A stretch of DNA of 64,000 nt from an uncultured delta proteobacterium. GTDB taxonomy: Bacteria; Desulfobacterota; Binatia; Binatales; Binataceae. Position 1 is the stretch's first letter. Each line of letters opens with the position of its first letter. Under the pieces are notes generated by a model. The model had not been told where the DNA came from, did not search any database, and saw only the letters and a program-made list of their open reading frames with translations. The stretch is taken from positions 160,001 through 224,000 of the forward strand of contig CAVXXK010000004.1 in assembly GCA_963765675.1 (NCBI GenBank), written 5' to 3'. Both the position numbers and the translations under genes were made by a program. Positions 1 to 9,900 of this stretch are shown here, piece after piece.

Positions 1-254
1 GCATAGCCGCCGGAGCGGGATTCGTTCTGGGCGGCGGCCTGAACACCTGGATTGGCCGATTGATGCTCGTGTCGGCAATACGGTTCGCGGCGCCAAAACT
101 GGTGATGGACGCGATCGCCGGATTGGGTGAGAACAATGGCAAACGATACAGATCGACTCGAAACAGAGCTGGCACAGGCAAAGAGACGGCTTCATCGGAC
201 CCTGACGGAAGTGAACGAAAGGGCCGAAGCCGTCGGCGATCAGCTTCAGCCTGA
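1..254 (+). CDS. 5'-truncated small membrane protein, ElaB/YqjD (DUF883)-like C-terminus
   Basis: Frame open from the window edge: IAAGAGFVLGGGLNTWIGRLML..., a hydrophobic Gly/Ala tail; neighbours are stress membrane proteins. Confidence 0.4.
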   Translation, partial: IAAGAGFVLGGGLNTWIGRLMLVSAIRFAAPKLVMDAIAGLGENNGKRYRSTRNRAGTGKETASSDPDGSERKGRSRRRSASA

Positions 255-435
255 AAAATTGATCGAACGCTACTCGATGCCAGTGCTGTGCGCCGCGGGC
301 GCGGCGGGCTTTCTGCTCGGCGCCGTCGACGAGAGTTTTCTCGCGCTCGGTCTGATGGTGGCGGGAACCGCGATCGTGCTGGCCGGCACTTCCGGTCGCT
401 CGCCCAAATCTTTGCCGGATGGCGAGCCGCGATGA
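136..435 (+). CDS. DUF3618-like small membrane protein
   Basis: N-terminal helix DRLETELAQAKRRLHRTL followed by two hydrophobic segments; ATG at 136. Confidence 0.55.
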   Translation: MANDTDRLETELAQAKRRLHRTLTEVNERAEAVGDQLQPEKLIERYSMPVLCAAGAAGFLLGAVDESFLALGLMVAGTAIVLAGTSGRSPKSLPDGEPR

Positions 436-803
436 GTTCTCCACGAGAAGATCCGGTCCACCGCCAGCCACCGGGAGAGATAACCTGGCCCGAACTGGCC
501 GAACGGGTTATCAGCGATCTGACGCATGTGATTCGCGTAGAGATCGAGCTGTTCCGCAATTCGCTCATCCCGATTTTTTCCGATCTTACCGATCGCGTGG
601 TCGCGGGCCTGATCGCGGGGTTTGTGATGCTCGCGGGCGGAGTGACTCTGCTGGCGGCGCTGATCATGCTCCTGCATGAATGGCTGCCGTGGTGGCAGTC
701 GCTTGCGATCAGCGGCGCCGCCGCGATCCTGGCCGGGTACCTGCTCACTCGGTTCGCTATGCGCTCGGCGAGCCATCACGAATCGAACGACAACGCCGCA
801 TAG
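432..803 (+). CDS. YqjE/phage holin superfamily III-like membrane protein
   Basis: ATGA overlap with upstream stop; LAERVISDLTHVIRVEIELF helix followed by two TM helices. Confidence 0.65.
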   Translation: MSSPREDPVHRQPPGEITWPELAERVISDLTHVIRVEIELFRNSLIPIFSDLTDRVVAGLIAGFVMLAGGVTLLAALIMLLHEWLPWWQSLAISGAAAILAGYLLTRFAMRSASHHESNDNAA

Positions 804-823
804 GCGGCGCCTGGGAGATCTCT

Positions 824-1054
824 ATGAAACCACTTGCCGGTCTCGGAGCGGTGCTGCTGCTGCTCGGCATCATTGGGATGGCGATGCCGTTTTTCACCAC
901 GCAAGACACTCATCAGGTCGCCAAGCTGGGCAACCTTTCGGTCCAGAGCACGCAGCAGACTACACACGTTATTCCGGTCCAGGTGAGTATCGGTGCGATC
1001 GTCATTGGCATCGTGCTGCTGGGGGCCGGAATTTATAGCGGACGCGCGCGATGA
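824..1054 (+). CDS. Small two-TM membrane protein (DUF3185-like)
   Basis: GGGAG RBS; TM-loop (TTQDTHQVAKLGNLSV)-TM architecture. Confidence 0.6.
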   Translation: MKPLAGLGAVLLLLGIIGMAMPFFTTQDTHQVAKLGNLSVQSTQQTTHVIPVQVSIGAIVIGIVLLGAGIYSGRAR

Positions 1055-1089
1055 CCAGCGGTGATTCTTCGTGCCTATGCGTTTCTTGA

Positions 1090-1105
1090 TGGCACAGGTA
1101 GTGCT
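1090..1105 (+). promoter_or_regulatory. Putative sigma54 -24/-12 promoter
   Basis: TGGCAC-AGGTA-GTGCT, GG-N10-GC spacing, upstream of the hybrid kinase. Confidence 0.35.
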
Positions 1106-1295
1106 CTATCTTCCGATATGCCTGCGCGGATCCGCGTTTATTCACGGCTTCTCGGACACGCACCAGGAATCGTGAAATTTTTTTATGCTGCGGCGGAAAG
1201 CCGCTCTCCCCTCTGGCTGGGGCGGCGTCGCTGCGTCTTAGACGGCCTTTCAAGCACGATCCAGCTCCGCGTCTGTGGCATCCGGTGAAACTGCG

Positions 1296-2894
1296 ATGCG
1301 ACGGCAATCATTGCGCGCCGGAATACGGCAAATCGCCCGAGAGACGACGCGCTTGGGCGGCAGGATCGCCGATTTTGCAAGCGGCTGGTCGCGCTCCGAC
1401 CTGTTCGAAAAATTCTCGCTGTCGATAAAAGACTCCGCAATTCTGACCCTCGACCGAGCCGGGAAAATTACCGGCTGGAGCGAGGGCGCCACGCGCATGA
1501 CCGGGTACCGCGGCGAAGATATAGTCGGGCGCTCCTTCAGCCTGCTCTACCTTCCGCAAGAATTGATGCGCGACCGGCCCGGCGAGGCGCTTCGTGTCGC
1601 ATCGGAGCTGGGCAGTTTCTCCGAAGAGGGCATCCGCGTGCGCCGCGACGGCAGCATCCTGTGGGTCGCAATGACCATCCGCAAAGAGCATTCGCGATGG
1701 CGCCCCGGTACGCGCTTCACCTGCGTTCTGACTGACATCACCGAAACGATGCGACTGCGCAGCGAGGTCCTGCGCATGCGCGAAGCGGTATCGCCAACCG
1801 GGGTTGCCCGTCAGGGACGTTTGCAGTCGTCGGCGCTGGCGCACGATCTGAACAATATCCTGAACGCGATGGCGCTACGGCTTGAAGCGATGCGTTCGGC
1901 GGTGCCCGCTCAGATTGAAAATATCGACCGGCTCCGGCGCCTGCTAGGCGACGCCAGCGACGTCACCAAGCACGTGCAGAAAGGCCAGGGCGCCGAGTCC
2001 CCGATGACTGGACCGATTGATCCATCGGAATCCATTCGCGCCGCAGTCGAGCACGTGCGTGGCCAGTTGCGTCAGCGCTATCCGGTGAAAGATCGCGTGT
2101 TTCACGTCGATCTGGAAATAGCCGCGTTCGAACCGATGACGATCGTCGCGGAAGATCTCGGCGACGCGCTTGAACGGCTGCTGCTGAGCATTTGCGACAC
2201 GATGCCGTCGGGCGGAGCGGTGATGATCAACGCATCAGCCAACTCAACCCGTCTGACTATTGCGATCGAGCCGCATCCATTGACCACGCCGGGCGGGGAT
2301 GGCTGGAATCGATCGATCGACAGTTCGATTTTCGAGGCGGGCGAGATCTCGCGCTCACTTGCGCAGTCGGGCTTGATCGCGCGTCTCGGCGCCAGCCTTC
2401 GGGTTGAAGATCGCAGCGACACTAATGCAGTGATCCTCCTGTCAGTTCCCATTGCCGAGGCCGCGCATCGGACTTCTGTTCGTCCAGCCGACACGGGACA
2501 CGACGGAAACGGCAGCGCGTCATCGGACGGCCGCTTGCGGGTCCTGATAATCGACGACGACCGAGACAATCTGGACGCGCTGGGCGAGGCGCTGGAGGGC
2601 AAGGGCTACTTCGTCGCGACGGCGATGAACGGGTACGAAGGACTGCGCCATCTGCGCGATGGTACGCACTTCGATTTCGTTATCTGCGATATCGGGATGC
2701 CCGGCCTCAACGGCTGGGAGATCGCCGAAAAGACGGCGGAGATCGCGCCCGGCACTCAGGTTCTATTGGTCACTGGATGGAGCAGTGAAGTTGGCCGGCT
2801 CGATCCGCGGCGCAAACTGGTAGTCGACGTGCTCGCAAAACCAATCGACCTCGAGGTCGTCAGCGCGCTTATCGCGCGCTCCGGTGCGAAATGA
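1296..2894 (+). CDS. PAS-HisKA-(degenerate HATPase)-REC hybrid sensor protein
   Basis: PAS (GKITGWSEGATRMTGY), H-box AHDLNN, receiver domain IIDDD...CDIGMPGLNG...LAKP. Confidence 0.85.
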   Translation: MRRQSLRAGIRQIARETTRLGGRIADFASGWSRSDLFEKFSLSIKDSAILTLDRAGKITGWSEGATRMTGYRGEDIVGRSFSLLYLPQELMRDRPGEALRVASELGSFSEEGIRVRRDGSILWVAMTIRKEHSRWRPGTRFTCVLTDITETMRLRSEVLRMREAVSPTGVARQGRLQSSALAHDLNNILNAMALRLEAMRSAVPAQIENIDRLRRLLGDASDVTKHVQKGQGAESPMTGPIDPSESIRAAVEHVRGQLRQRYPVKDRVFHVDLEIAAFEPMTIVAEDLGDALERLLLSICDTMPSGGAVMINASANSTRLTIAIEPHPLTTPGGDGWNRSIDSSIFEAGEISRSLAQSGLIARLGASLRVEDRSDTNAVILLSVPIAEAAHRTSVRPADTGHDGNGSASSDGRLRVLIIDDDRDNLDALGEALEGKGYFVATAMNGYEGLRHLRDGTHFDFVICDIGMPGLNGWEIAEKTAEIAPGTQVLLVTGWSSEVGRLDPRRKLVVDVLAKPIDLEVVSALIARSGAK

Positions 2895-2933
2895 GTCTTT
2901 GCTGCGGCGCCCTGGTCAGGGCGCCCGGCGCTA

Positions 2934-3932
2934 TTACTCACTTGTAGTCACTCGCACCTCTGAATCGGCTGCAGGGATGGTTTCGTGGGAGGCGAATTGC
3001 AGGTTTCCTCCATCGGCTTCTTCGATCAGATTGCGCTCGAGGCGCTGCGAACGCGGAATCCGTAGCACGATTTCGCGCGCGTCGTCTTCCTCTGAGCGCG
3101 CCAACTCGATGTCGCGTAATTGCAGCAGGCCCATCGCCGAATTTATCGCGATATCAATCGGGTCCCACGCTGGCTGCAGGTTGACGTCATAGCGGCTCCC
3201 CTGGGCCGCGAAGAGCTGCTCTCCGTCCTGGGTCGAAACCATCTTCACGTCTGCGCTGACCTGCCATGCTGAGATCAGGCCCGCGTAGTAGGCCTCGTAA
3301 TGGGTTATTCTTCCGTAAATCACCGCGTCGACGCCGAGCCATTTGCCCAGCGTTTGTGGCGGCACCTGGTCGAGCTTTTTCTCGTCGTCGATTCCATGTT
3401 CTTTCAGGACTGCATCAACTTGAAATAGATTCGCTTCCACGAATTCCCGTTCGGCCAGATAGCCAGTTACAGCCCGGCGCATCCGATTCGCATCGGTCCA
3501 GGCCCAGTTCTCGCGCTCGGTTGCGTCGCGATGCGTCAGCGGAATCTTGTCAACGACGTAGTTGGCGCTGCCCCAATCGGTGAACGGAAGCACCGCGATT
3601 CGTTGCGGCGCATCGCTGTCGTAGTTGGACGCAATCTCGGTTTTTATTCCGCCCGGATCGACTTCCACCAGATGATCGAACCAGGTTTTGCGCCCGTGCG
3701 TTTCAAGTCCGTACTCGGGGCGGAAGAAACGCCGCTGGTCAGGCCTCGCGGTCGACGCGCAGGCGCTCAGGCTCACGGCCATTGCAAGCAGCGCCACGAA
3801 GGCTCCTGCCGCGGTCGTCAGCGCATGGCGCGCTGGCAGTATCTGGGAGCTGAGTGAGGGAATTTGTCGATGCGGGCGCGATACGCGAGGTGCGCAGCAT
3901 GAGGGACTGAAGCTCCATCGGCAATTCAGCAT
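2934..3932 (-). CDS. DUF799/GNA1162-family lipoprotein (start uncertain)
   Basis: Lipobox LSAC; RIAVLPF and LGVDAVIYGRIT motifs. Confidence 0.7.
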   Translation of the reverse strand: MLNCRWSFSPSCCAPRVSRPHRQIPSLSSQILPARHALTTAAGAFVALLAMAVSLSACASTARPDQRRFFRPEYGLETHGRKTWFDHLVEVDPGGIKTEIASNYDSDAPQRIAVLPFTDWGSANYVVDKIPLTHRDATERENWAWTDANRMRRAVTGYLAEREFVEANLFQVDAVLKEHGIDDEKKLDQVPPQTLGKWLGVDAVIYGRITHYEAYYAGLISAWQVSADVKMVSTQDGEQLFAAQGSRYDVNLQPAWDPIDIAINSAMGLLQLRDIELARSEEDDAREIVLRIPRSQRLERNLIEEADGGNLQFASHETIPAADSEVRVTTSE

Positions 3933-4058
3933 ATGGATACCCCTGCTGCTTTATTATCGCTCGCGCATTTGGCACGGCGCCATAAAAAAATTTGATCAGC
4001 GCGCGAATTGGCGCATTCGCCGCGATATCCGTGTAACATCTACATGGTACTTAACCTT

Positions 4059-5855
4059 ATGAGCTCCAAGATCGAAGACTACGCACTCATCGGAAATACT
4101 CACACGGCCGCGTTGGTCGGACGCGACGGATCGATCGATTGGCTATGTATGCCGCGGTTCGATTCCGGCGCGTGCTTCGCCGCGCTGTTGGGCGGCCCTG
4201 ACAATGGCCGCTGGCTAATCGCACCCGAGGGGGAAACGAGCGCGGTGCGGCGGCGTTACCGCGACTCGACTCTGGTGCTCGAAACCGAGTTCGAGACCAA
4301 AGACGGGGTCGCGCAGGTCGTCGACTTCATGCCGATCGCGGAGCATCGCGATCGCGTCGATTTGACCAGGATTGTTCGCGGAGTGCGCGGACACGTGCGC
4401 ATGCACACCGACCTTGCGCTCAGATTCGACTACGGGCGGACGATCCCGTGGGTCACCGGCCACGATTTCGGTCTGCGCGCCGTCGCGGGACCCAACGCCG
4501 TGCGGATTAGAACTTCTGCGCGGCTGCATGGAAAGGATTTCACTTCTGTCGGTTCCTTCAACGTCGTCGAGGGCCAGAACATCCCCTTCTCGCTGACGTG
4601 GTATCCCTCGAACGATCATGAACCGGGAACGCGTCATCCATTGAGGATGCTCACGGAGACCGAAAAGTTCTGGCAGGAATGGTCCGCAAAATTCACCGGT
4701 ATCGGGCCGTGGCGCGACGCGGTCCTGCGGTCGCTCATCACGCTCAAGGCATTGACCCATCAGCGCACCGGCGGGATGGTCGCGGCGGTGACGACCTCGC
4801 TCCCCGAATGTATCGGGGGTCAACGCAACTGGGACTACAGGTACTGCTGGCTGCGTGACGCGACGCTGACACTCTACGCGCTGTTGATCTCCGGCTATAC
4901 GCAAGAGGCGATCGAATGGCGCGAGTGGCTGGTGCGCGCGGTCGCCGGACATCCGCAGGACACCCGCATCATGTACGGAATCGCGGGCGAACGGATGCTT
5001 CAGGAGTTCGAGCTGCCGTGGTTGTCCGGGTACGAGAACAGCAGCCCGGTGCGGGTGGGCAATGCCGCAGATGATCAGCTTCAGCTCGACGTGTATGGCG
5101 AAGTGATGGACTCGATGCACGTGTCGATGAAATACGGAATCGCTCCACAGAATGAAGCATGGCGCGTGCAGCTGGCGCTGATGGATTTCCTCGAGAGCGG
5201 ATGGCGTCAGCCCGACAGCGGAATCTGGGAAGTGCGCGGACCGCGCCGCGATTTCACCCATTCCAAGGTGATGGCGTGGGTCGCGGCCGATCGCGCGGTC
5301 AAGGCGGTCGAGCGTTTTAAAGCCGAGGGTCCGGTCGAGAAATGGCGCGCGATGCGCGACGAGATTCATCGCGACGCGTGCACCCGCGGCTTCAACACCG
5401 AGCGCAACGCCTTCGTGCAATATTATGGCTCGAAGGCGCTCGACGCGTCGCTGCTGATGATCCCGCTGGTCGGATTTCTCCCCGCCAAAGATCCGCGCGT
5501 GATCGGGACTATCGCCGCCATCCAGCGCGAGCTGGTACACGACGGCCTGGTCAGCCGCTATCAGACCGAAACGGGTGTGGACGGGCTTCCGCCCGGCGAA
5601 GGCGCGTTTCTGGCCTGCACCTTCTGGTTAGTCGATAATCTTGCGCTGACCGGCCGCTACAGCGAGGCGCGTGAGATCTTCGAGCGTTTGCTTGCGCTGC
5701 GCAACGACGTGGGCCTGCTCTCGGAAGAATACGATCCCCGGCTGAACCGGCAGGTCGGAAACTTCCCGCAAGCGTTCACGCATGTAAGCCTGGTCAATAG
5801 CGCACATAACCTGACTTTGGCCGAGCAGGCTCCAGCAACGCATCGGGCGGAGTGA
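4059..5855 (+). CDS. Glycoside hydrolase family 15 (trehalase/glucoamylase-like)
   Basis: IEDYALIG N-terminus, RNWDYRYCWLRD, GLLSEEYD and GNFPQAFTH motifs. Confidence 0.95.
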   Translation: MSSKIEDYALIGNTHTAALVGRDGSIDWLCMPRFDSGACFAALLGGPDNGRWLIAPEGETSAVRRRYRDSTLVLETEFETKDGVAQVVDFMPIAEHRDRVDLTRIVRGVRGHVRMHTDLALRFDYGRTIPWVTGHDFGLRAVAGPNAVRIRTSARLHGKDFTSVGSFNVVEGQNIPFSLTWYPSNDHEPGTRHPLRMLTETEKFWQEWSAKFTGIGPWRDAVLRSLITLKALTHQRTGGMVAAVTTSLPECIGGQRNWDYRYCWLRDATLTLYALLISGYTQEAIEWREWLVRAVAGHPQDTRIMYGIAGERMLQEFELPWLSGYENSSPVRVGNAADDQLQLDVYGEVMDSMHVSMKYGIAPQNEAWRVQLALMDFLESGWRQPDSGIWEVRGPRRDFTHSKVMAWVAADRAVKAVERFKAEGPVEKWRAMRDEIHRDACTRGFNTERNAFVQYYGSKALDASLLMIPLVGFLPAKDPRVIGTIAAIQRELVHDGLVSRYQTETGVDGLPPGEGAFLACTFWLVDNLALTGRYSEAREIFERLLALRNDVGLLSEEYDPRLNRQVGNFPQAFTHVSLVNSAHNLTLAEQAPATHRAE

Positions 5856-5966
5856 CTTCGCGTCTGTCTCGAACGATCAGGCGGCGAAGCACTGTAAGTG
5901 TGAAATATTTGCTCACCGCGACAAGCGTTTTTTTGGGATTGGGCGCATCTTCATTAGACAAATCCG

Positions 5967-5982
5967 TGGCCCCGCTATTGCT
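5967..5982 (+). promoter_or_regulatory. Putative sigma54 -24/-12 promoter of the BON gene
   Basis: TGGCCC-CGCTA-TTGCT, GG-N10-GC, about 60 nt upstream of ATG 6042. Confidence 0.45.
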
Positions 5983-6041
5983 GTTATTCCCCAAACCAAT
6001 CGCCGCGCATTAGCGCCGGCGTCATTGGAGGAGAACTAAGC

Positions 6042-6470
6042 ATGAAGCGATCATTTGGATATCTCGCGATTATTCCGGCGATGGCGTTTGGGCTCTCGCT
6101 TTCCGGACCAGCTTTCGCGCAAGACGCCGGTGCTCCGAACGCCAGTGCGTCAACCGGCATGACCCAGACCATGAAGAATGCTGGAACTGACACCGAGAAC
6201 GCGGCCAAGGGCGCATACAACACCACCGCGACTGCGGTCGGCGACACTGGCCTGACGGCAAAGGTGAAGATGGAGTTGGATAAGAACTCCGAAACCGAGC
6301 ATGCCCATATTCACGTCAAGACCAAGTCCGCCGTGGTCTATTTGACCGGACATGTTCCCAGCGCTGCCGTGTCGCAAGAGGCCGAGCAGATCGCAAAGGG
6401 CGTCTCCGGAGTTGATCACGTGAGCAATCACCTGAAAGTCCGTGCATCATCTTCTTCGAACAACAGCTGA
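6042..6470 (+). CDS. Secreted BON-domain protein (OsmY-like)
   Basis: GGAGGAG RBS, signal peptide ending AFA, DTGLTAKVK...VYLTGHV...GVDHVSNHL. Confidence 0.9.
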   Translation: MKRSFGYLAIIPAMAFGLSLSGPAFAQDAGAPNASASTGMTQTMKNAGTDTENAAKGAYNTTATAVGDTGLTAKVKMELDKNSETEHAHIHVKTKSAVVYLTGHVPSAAVSQEAEQIAKGVSGVDHVSNHLKVRASSSSNNS

Positions 6471-6597
6471 GCTACCGCTCCGCTGTGAGTGATGACCAAG
6501 GGCGCTTGCGGGTGATGCCTTGAAGAAATAGACCTCGAGCACGACGCACGCCCTTCCCCTCGACCAGATCCTCCCCCCTCCCCACACACATGTGACT

Positions 6598-6631
6598 TGC
6601 CCGCGCGGACTAAATTTCGTCCGCGCGGGCA
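6598..6631. other. GC-rich stem-loop (terminator-like or sRNA element)
   Basis: TGCCCGCGCGGAC-TAAATTTC-GTCCGCGCGGGCA, perfect 13-bp stem. Confidence 0.5.
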
Positions 6632-6772
6632 CGGTTGCGTCTTGCGGCCGCGCGCGAGCATTGCGGCAAGCGTGCGGATGTTAGATCGTAATCTGCGGAG
6701 CGCGAATCGGTCCGACTGACTCGCCCGCACGAAAAACGAGCCGGTCACAAGCTGCTCTCGGAGGAAACGATT

Positions 6773-6934
6773 ATGCCCGCTGCGTTAATCAGTGTAATGG
6801 ACGCGAAAGAGCGCACCCGTTACGCCAAGCAAATGGATGAGCTGATAAAGCTGCTGCGCAAAAACAACGAGCAAGTGACCAAACTGGCCATCTTAATGGA
6901 AAAAATGGTCAGAGCGATGGGCGGTTCCGCGTAA
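6773..6934 (+). CDS. 53-aa small helical protein, absent from the ORF track
   Basis: GGAGG RBS 8 nt upstream; MPAALISVMDAKERTRYAKQMDELIKLLRKNNEQVTKLAILMEKMVRAMGGSA. Confidence 0.6.
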   Translation: MPAALISVMDAKERTRYAKQMDELIKLLRKNNEQVTKLAILMEKMVRAMGGSA

Positions 6935-6992
6935 CAATCTCCAAACGAACCAGTCTCCGCATCACGCGCGCAATTCGGCGCGTCGCGGTGAA

Positions 6993-9900
6993 ATGACTAA
7001 TCCGGGCTCCAGGCTTATCGGGCGGACGCCCGAACTGATCGAGGTGCGCACCGCGCTGGCCGACGCGATAGCGGGTCGCGGCAGCTTACTGATGCTCGGC
7101 GGCGAACCGGGTATCGGCAAGACCGCGCTCGCCGACGAGATCTCGACTGAAGCGGCCGCGTGCGGCGCGCAAGTCGCGTGGGGCCGATGTTCGGAAGATA
7201 GCGGCGCGCCCGCGTACTGGCCATGGACGGAGATTCTGCGCACGCTGGTGCGGGGGCGTGATCGCAATTCGGTCGACGCGATACTTGGCGATCGCACGGC
7301 ACAGTTGACGGCGCTGATACCGGAGTTGGCCGCCTCCGCACCCTCCTCCGCCGGTCTGGCGCCCGCGCCGCGGGCAACCGGGATGGGTTCCGACGAGCCC
7401 GCCGATCAACGCTTTCGCCTGTTTGATTCGATCGCGACTCTGATCGGCGCGATTGCGCGCGAGCGTCCGCTGCTGATCGTTTTCGATGACGCGCACGACG
7501 CCGATCCCGCATCGCTGCTGCTGCTCCGGTTTGTCGCCCGCAGCGTGCGCCGACTCCCGCTGCTGCTGGTCGTCACCTATCGCGAAAACGAGCTGCGGCT
7601 CGATCCGAAACGGGCCGAGTCGCTGGCGGCCCTGCGCCGCGAAGGCTCAACCATGGTGCTCACCGGCCTGACGGCACCCGAGGTTGCGGTCTTCGTCGAA
7701 TCACGCATGCCGAGCGCGCCCGATGCGTCGCTGGTTGCGGAGCTGCGCAAGGTCACGGAAGGCAATCCATTTTTCTTAAGCGAGATTGTCCGTCTGTTGG
7801 CGGCCGAAGGTCCGGGCAGAGGCACCAAAAGTCCGTCGGCGTTCCGCATTCCCGATGGAGTCCGCGCCGCGATCCTGCGCCGGGTCGCGATGGTCTCGCA
7901 AACTGCGCGCGATGCACTCGGCGTCGCGGCGGTCGCGGGACGCGAGTTCGACCTCGCCACAATTCGCGAAGCATGCGCGATGCCGATCGAGTCGCTGCTG
8001 GCCGCGCTTGACGAGGCCGAGGCAGGAGGCCTGGTTACGACGCGACACGATCACATGGGCGGCTACCGCTTCAGCCATGCTCTGATTCCCGAGACCCTCT
8101 ACGCCGATCTGGGCAAAACAGCCGCGCGCGAGCTGCATCTGCGGATCGCACAAACCCTCGAAACGCTGCATCACTCGAACCTCGAGCCGCAGCTCGCCAA
8201 GCTCGCGTATCATTACGCCGCCGCGCTGCCGGCAGGCCCTCTCGACAAGGCGATTGCGTACACACGCCAGGCGGCGCAACACGCGCAGGCGATGCTCGCC
8301 TATGAAGAAGCAGTGCGGATGTACGAGATGGCAATCTCCGCGCTCGAACTCGGGCATCCCGACGCGGAGCGGTTGCGCTGCGAGATGCTCTTGAACCTGG
8401 GCGAGGCGCTCTACGGCGCGGGGTTGTTCGATCGCGCGCGGACTGCCTTCGCACGCGCGTCAGCGAGTGCGCGGCAAATCGGCAGCGCAGAAGATATGGC
8501 GCGCGCGGCATTGGGATTCGGGATGCCGCCGTCAACCCCGGATCGCGCCGATCGCGATCTGATCACGATGCTGGAGCAGGCGCGCGATGCTCTTGGCGCG
8601 TCCGATTCCGCGCTGCACGCGATGATCCTGGCGCGGATGTCAGTCGAATATTTCTGGGCGCACGACTCGCGCCGCGCCGAGCTTTCGCGCCAGGCCGTCG
8701 AGATCGCGCGGCGCTCCGGCGACCCGGCAACCCTGCTGTACGTTCTGTATGCGCGCCACACGGCGGTGTGGGAGCCTGACAATCTCGAAGAGCGCCTGGC
8801 GATCGCGAGCGAAATAATCGCGCTGGCGGGGCAGACCGGAAATCGGCGCTGGGCGCTCCGGGTCTGGGGTCTCGGCGCGCACTACATGCGCTTCGCCGAC
8901 CTGCTCGAAGCCGGGGATATTCCAGCGGTCGATCGGGAGATCGCGGAGTACTCGCGCCTCGCAGCCGAGCTGCGCCAGGACCTCGGATACGAGGAGCTGA
9001 TTCGCGCGACGCGCGCCCTGATGGACGGGCGCTTCGACGAGGCCGAACGGCTGGGAGTCAAGACGCTGGAAGTCGCGATGCGCCTGGAGCGGCGACTGGG
9101 TCCGTTTCGCGCGGCGGTGAATTCGCAATTGCTAATCCTGCGGCGCGAACAAGGCCGGCTCGCGGAGCTCGAGCCCGTCCTGCGCGCCGGTCTGGCGCGA
9201 ACTCCGGGCTCGGCGCTCAGGCGCTGCGCGATCGCTTTTCTATACTCGCAGACCGGCCGCCGCGCCGAAGCGCGCGCGAGTTTCGAGGAGCTGGCCGCCG
9301 GCAACTTCGCCGCGATGCCGCGCGACATGAGCGGGTACGCGACGATGGTGCTGCTGACGGAAGTGTGCGCGTACCTAGGCGACGCACCGCGCGCGCGGAT
9401 GCTGTACCAGTTGCTCGAACCGTACGCCGGCCGCAACGCCGTGCTCGATATCCACGTTTGCTACGGCTCGGTCGCGCACTACCTCGCGATGCTGGCGGCG
9501 ACGATTGGTGAGCTGGACCAGGCCGAGCGTCATTTTGAGGCCGCGCTGCGCTTCAATCTCGCAATGGGCGCCAGCGCCTGGGTCGCGCGCACGCGCTACG
9601 AATTCGCCGCGATGCTGCTCGCGCGCGACCAGCCCGGCGACCGCGAGCGCGCCCTCGAGCTCGCGGAGCTTGCACTGGCGACAGCCGAATCGCTCGGGAT
9701 GATCGCGCTCAAGGAAAATCTGCGCGAACTGACCGGCCCCGCTCCTCGCGCCGACGCCGGTCCCGACGGCACCGTCACGATCATGTTCACCGATATCGAG
9801 GATTCCACCGGCACCACCGAGCGCCTGGGCGATGTCCGCGCTCAAGCGTGGCTGCGCGAGCATAACGCGATCGTCCGCGAAAAGATTAAGGAGCATCAGG

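Noticed and set aside
432-803. Holin as evidence of a prophage
   Set aside because: YqjE-like proteins are chromosomal stress-associated proteins, and no phage genes lie nearby
4215-5540. Long antisense or alternate-frame ORFs (also 26447..28120, 46031..47749, 31442..32641, 49371..50390)
   Set aside because: They shadow well-supported genes, lack motifs, and are expected in high-GC DNA
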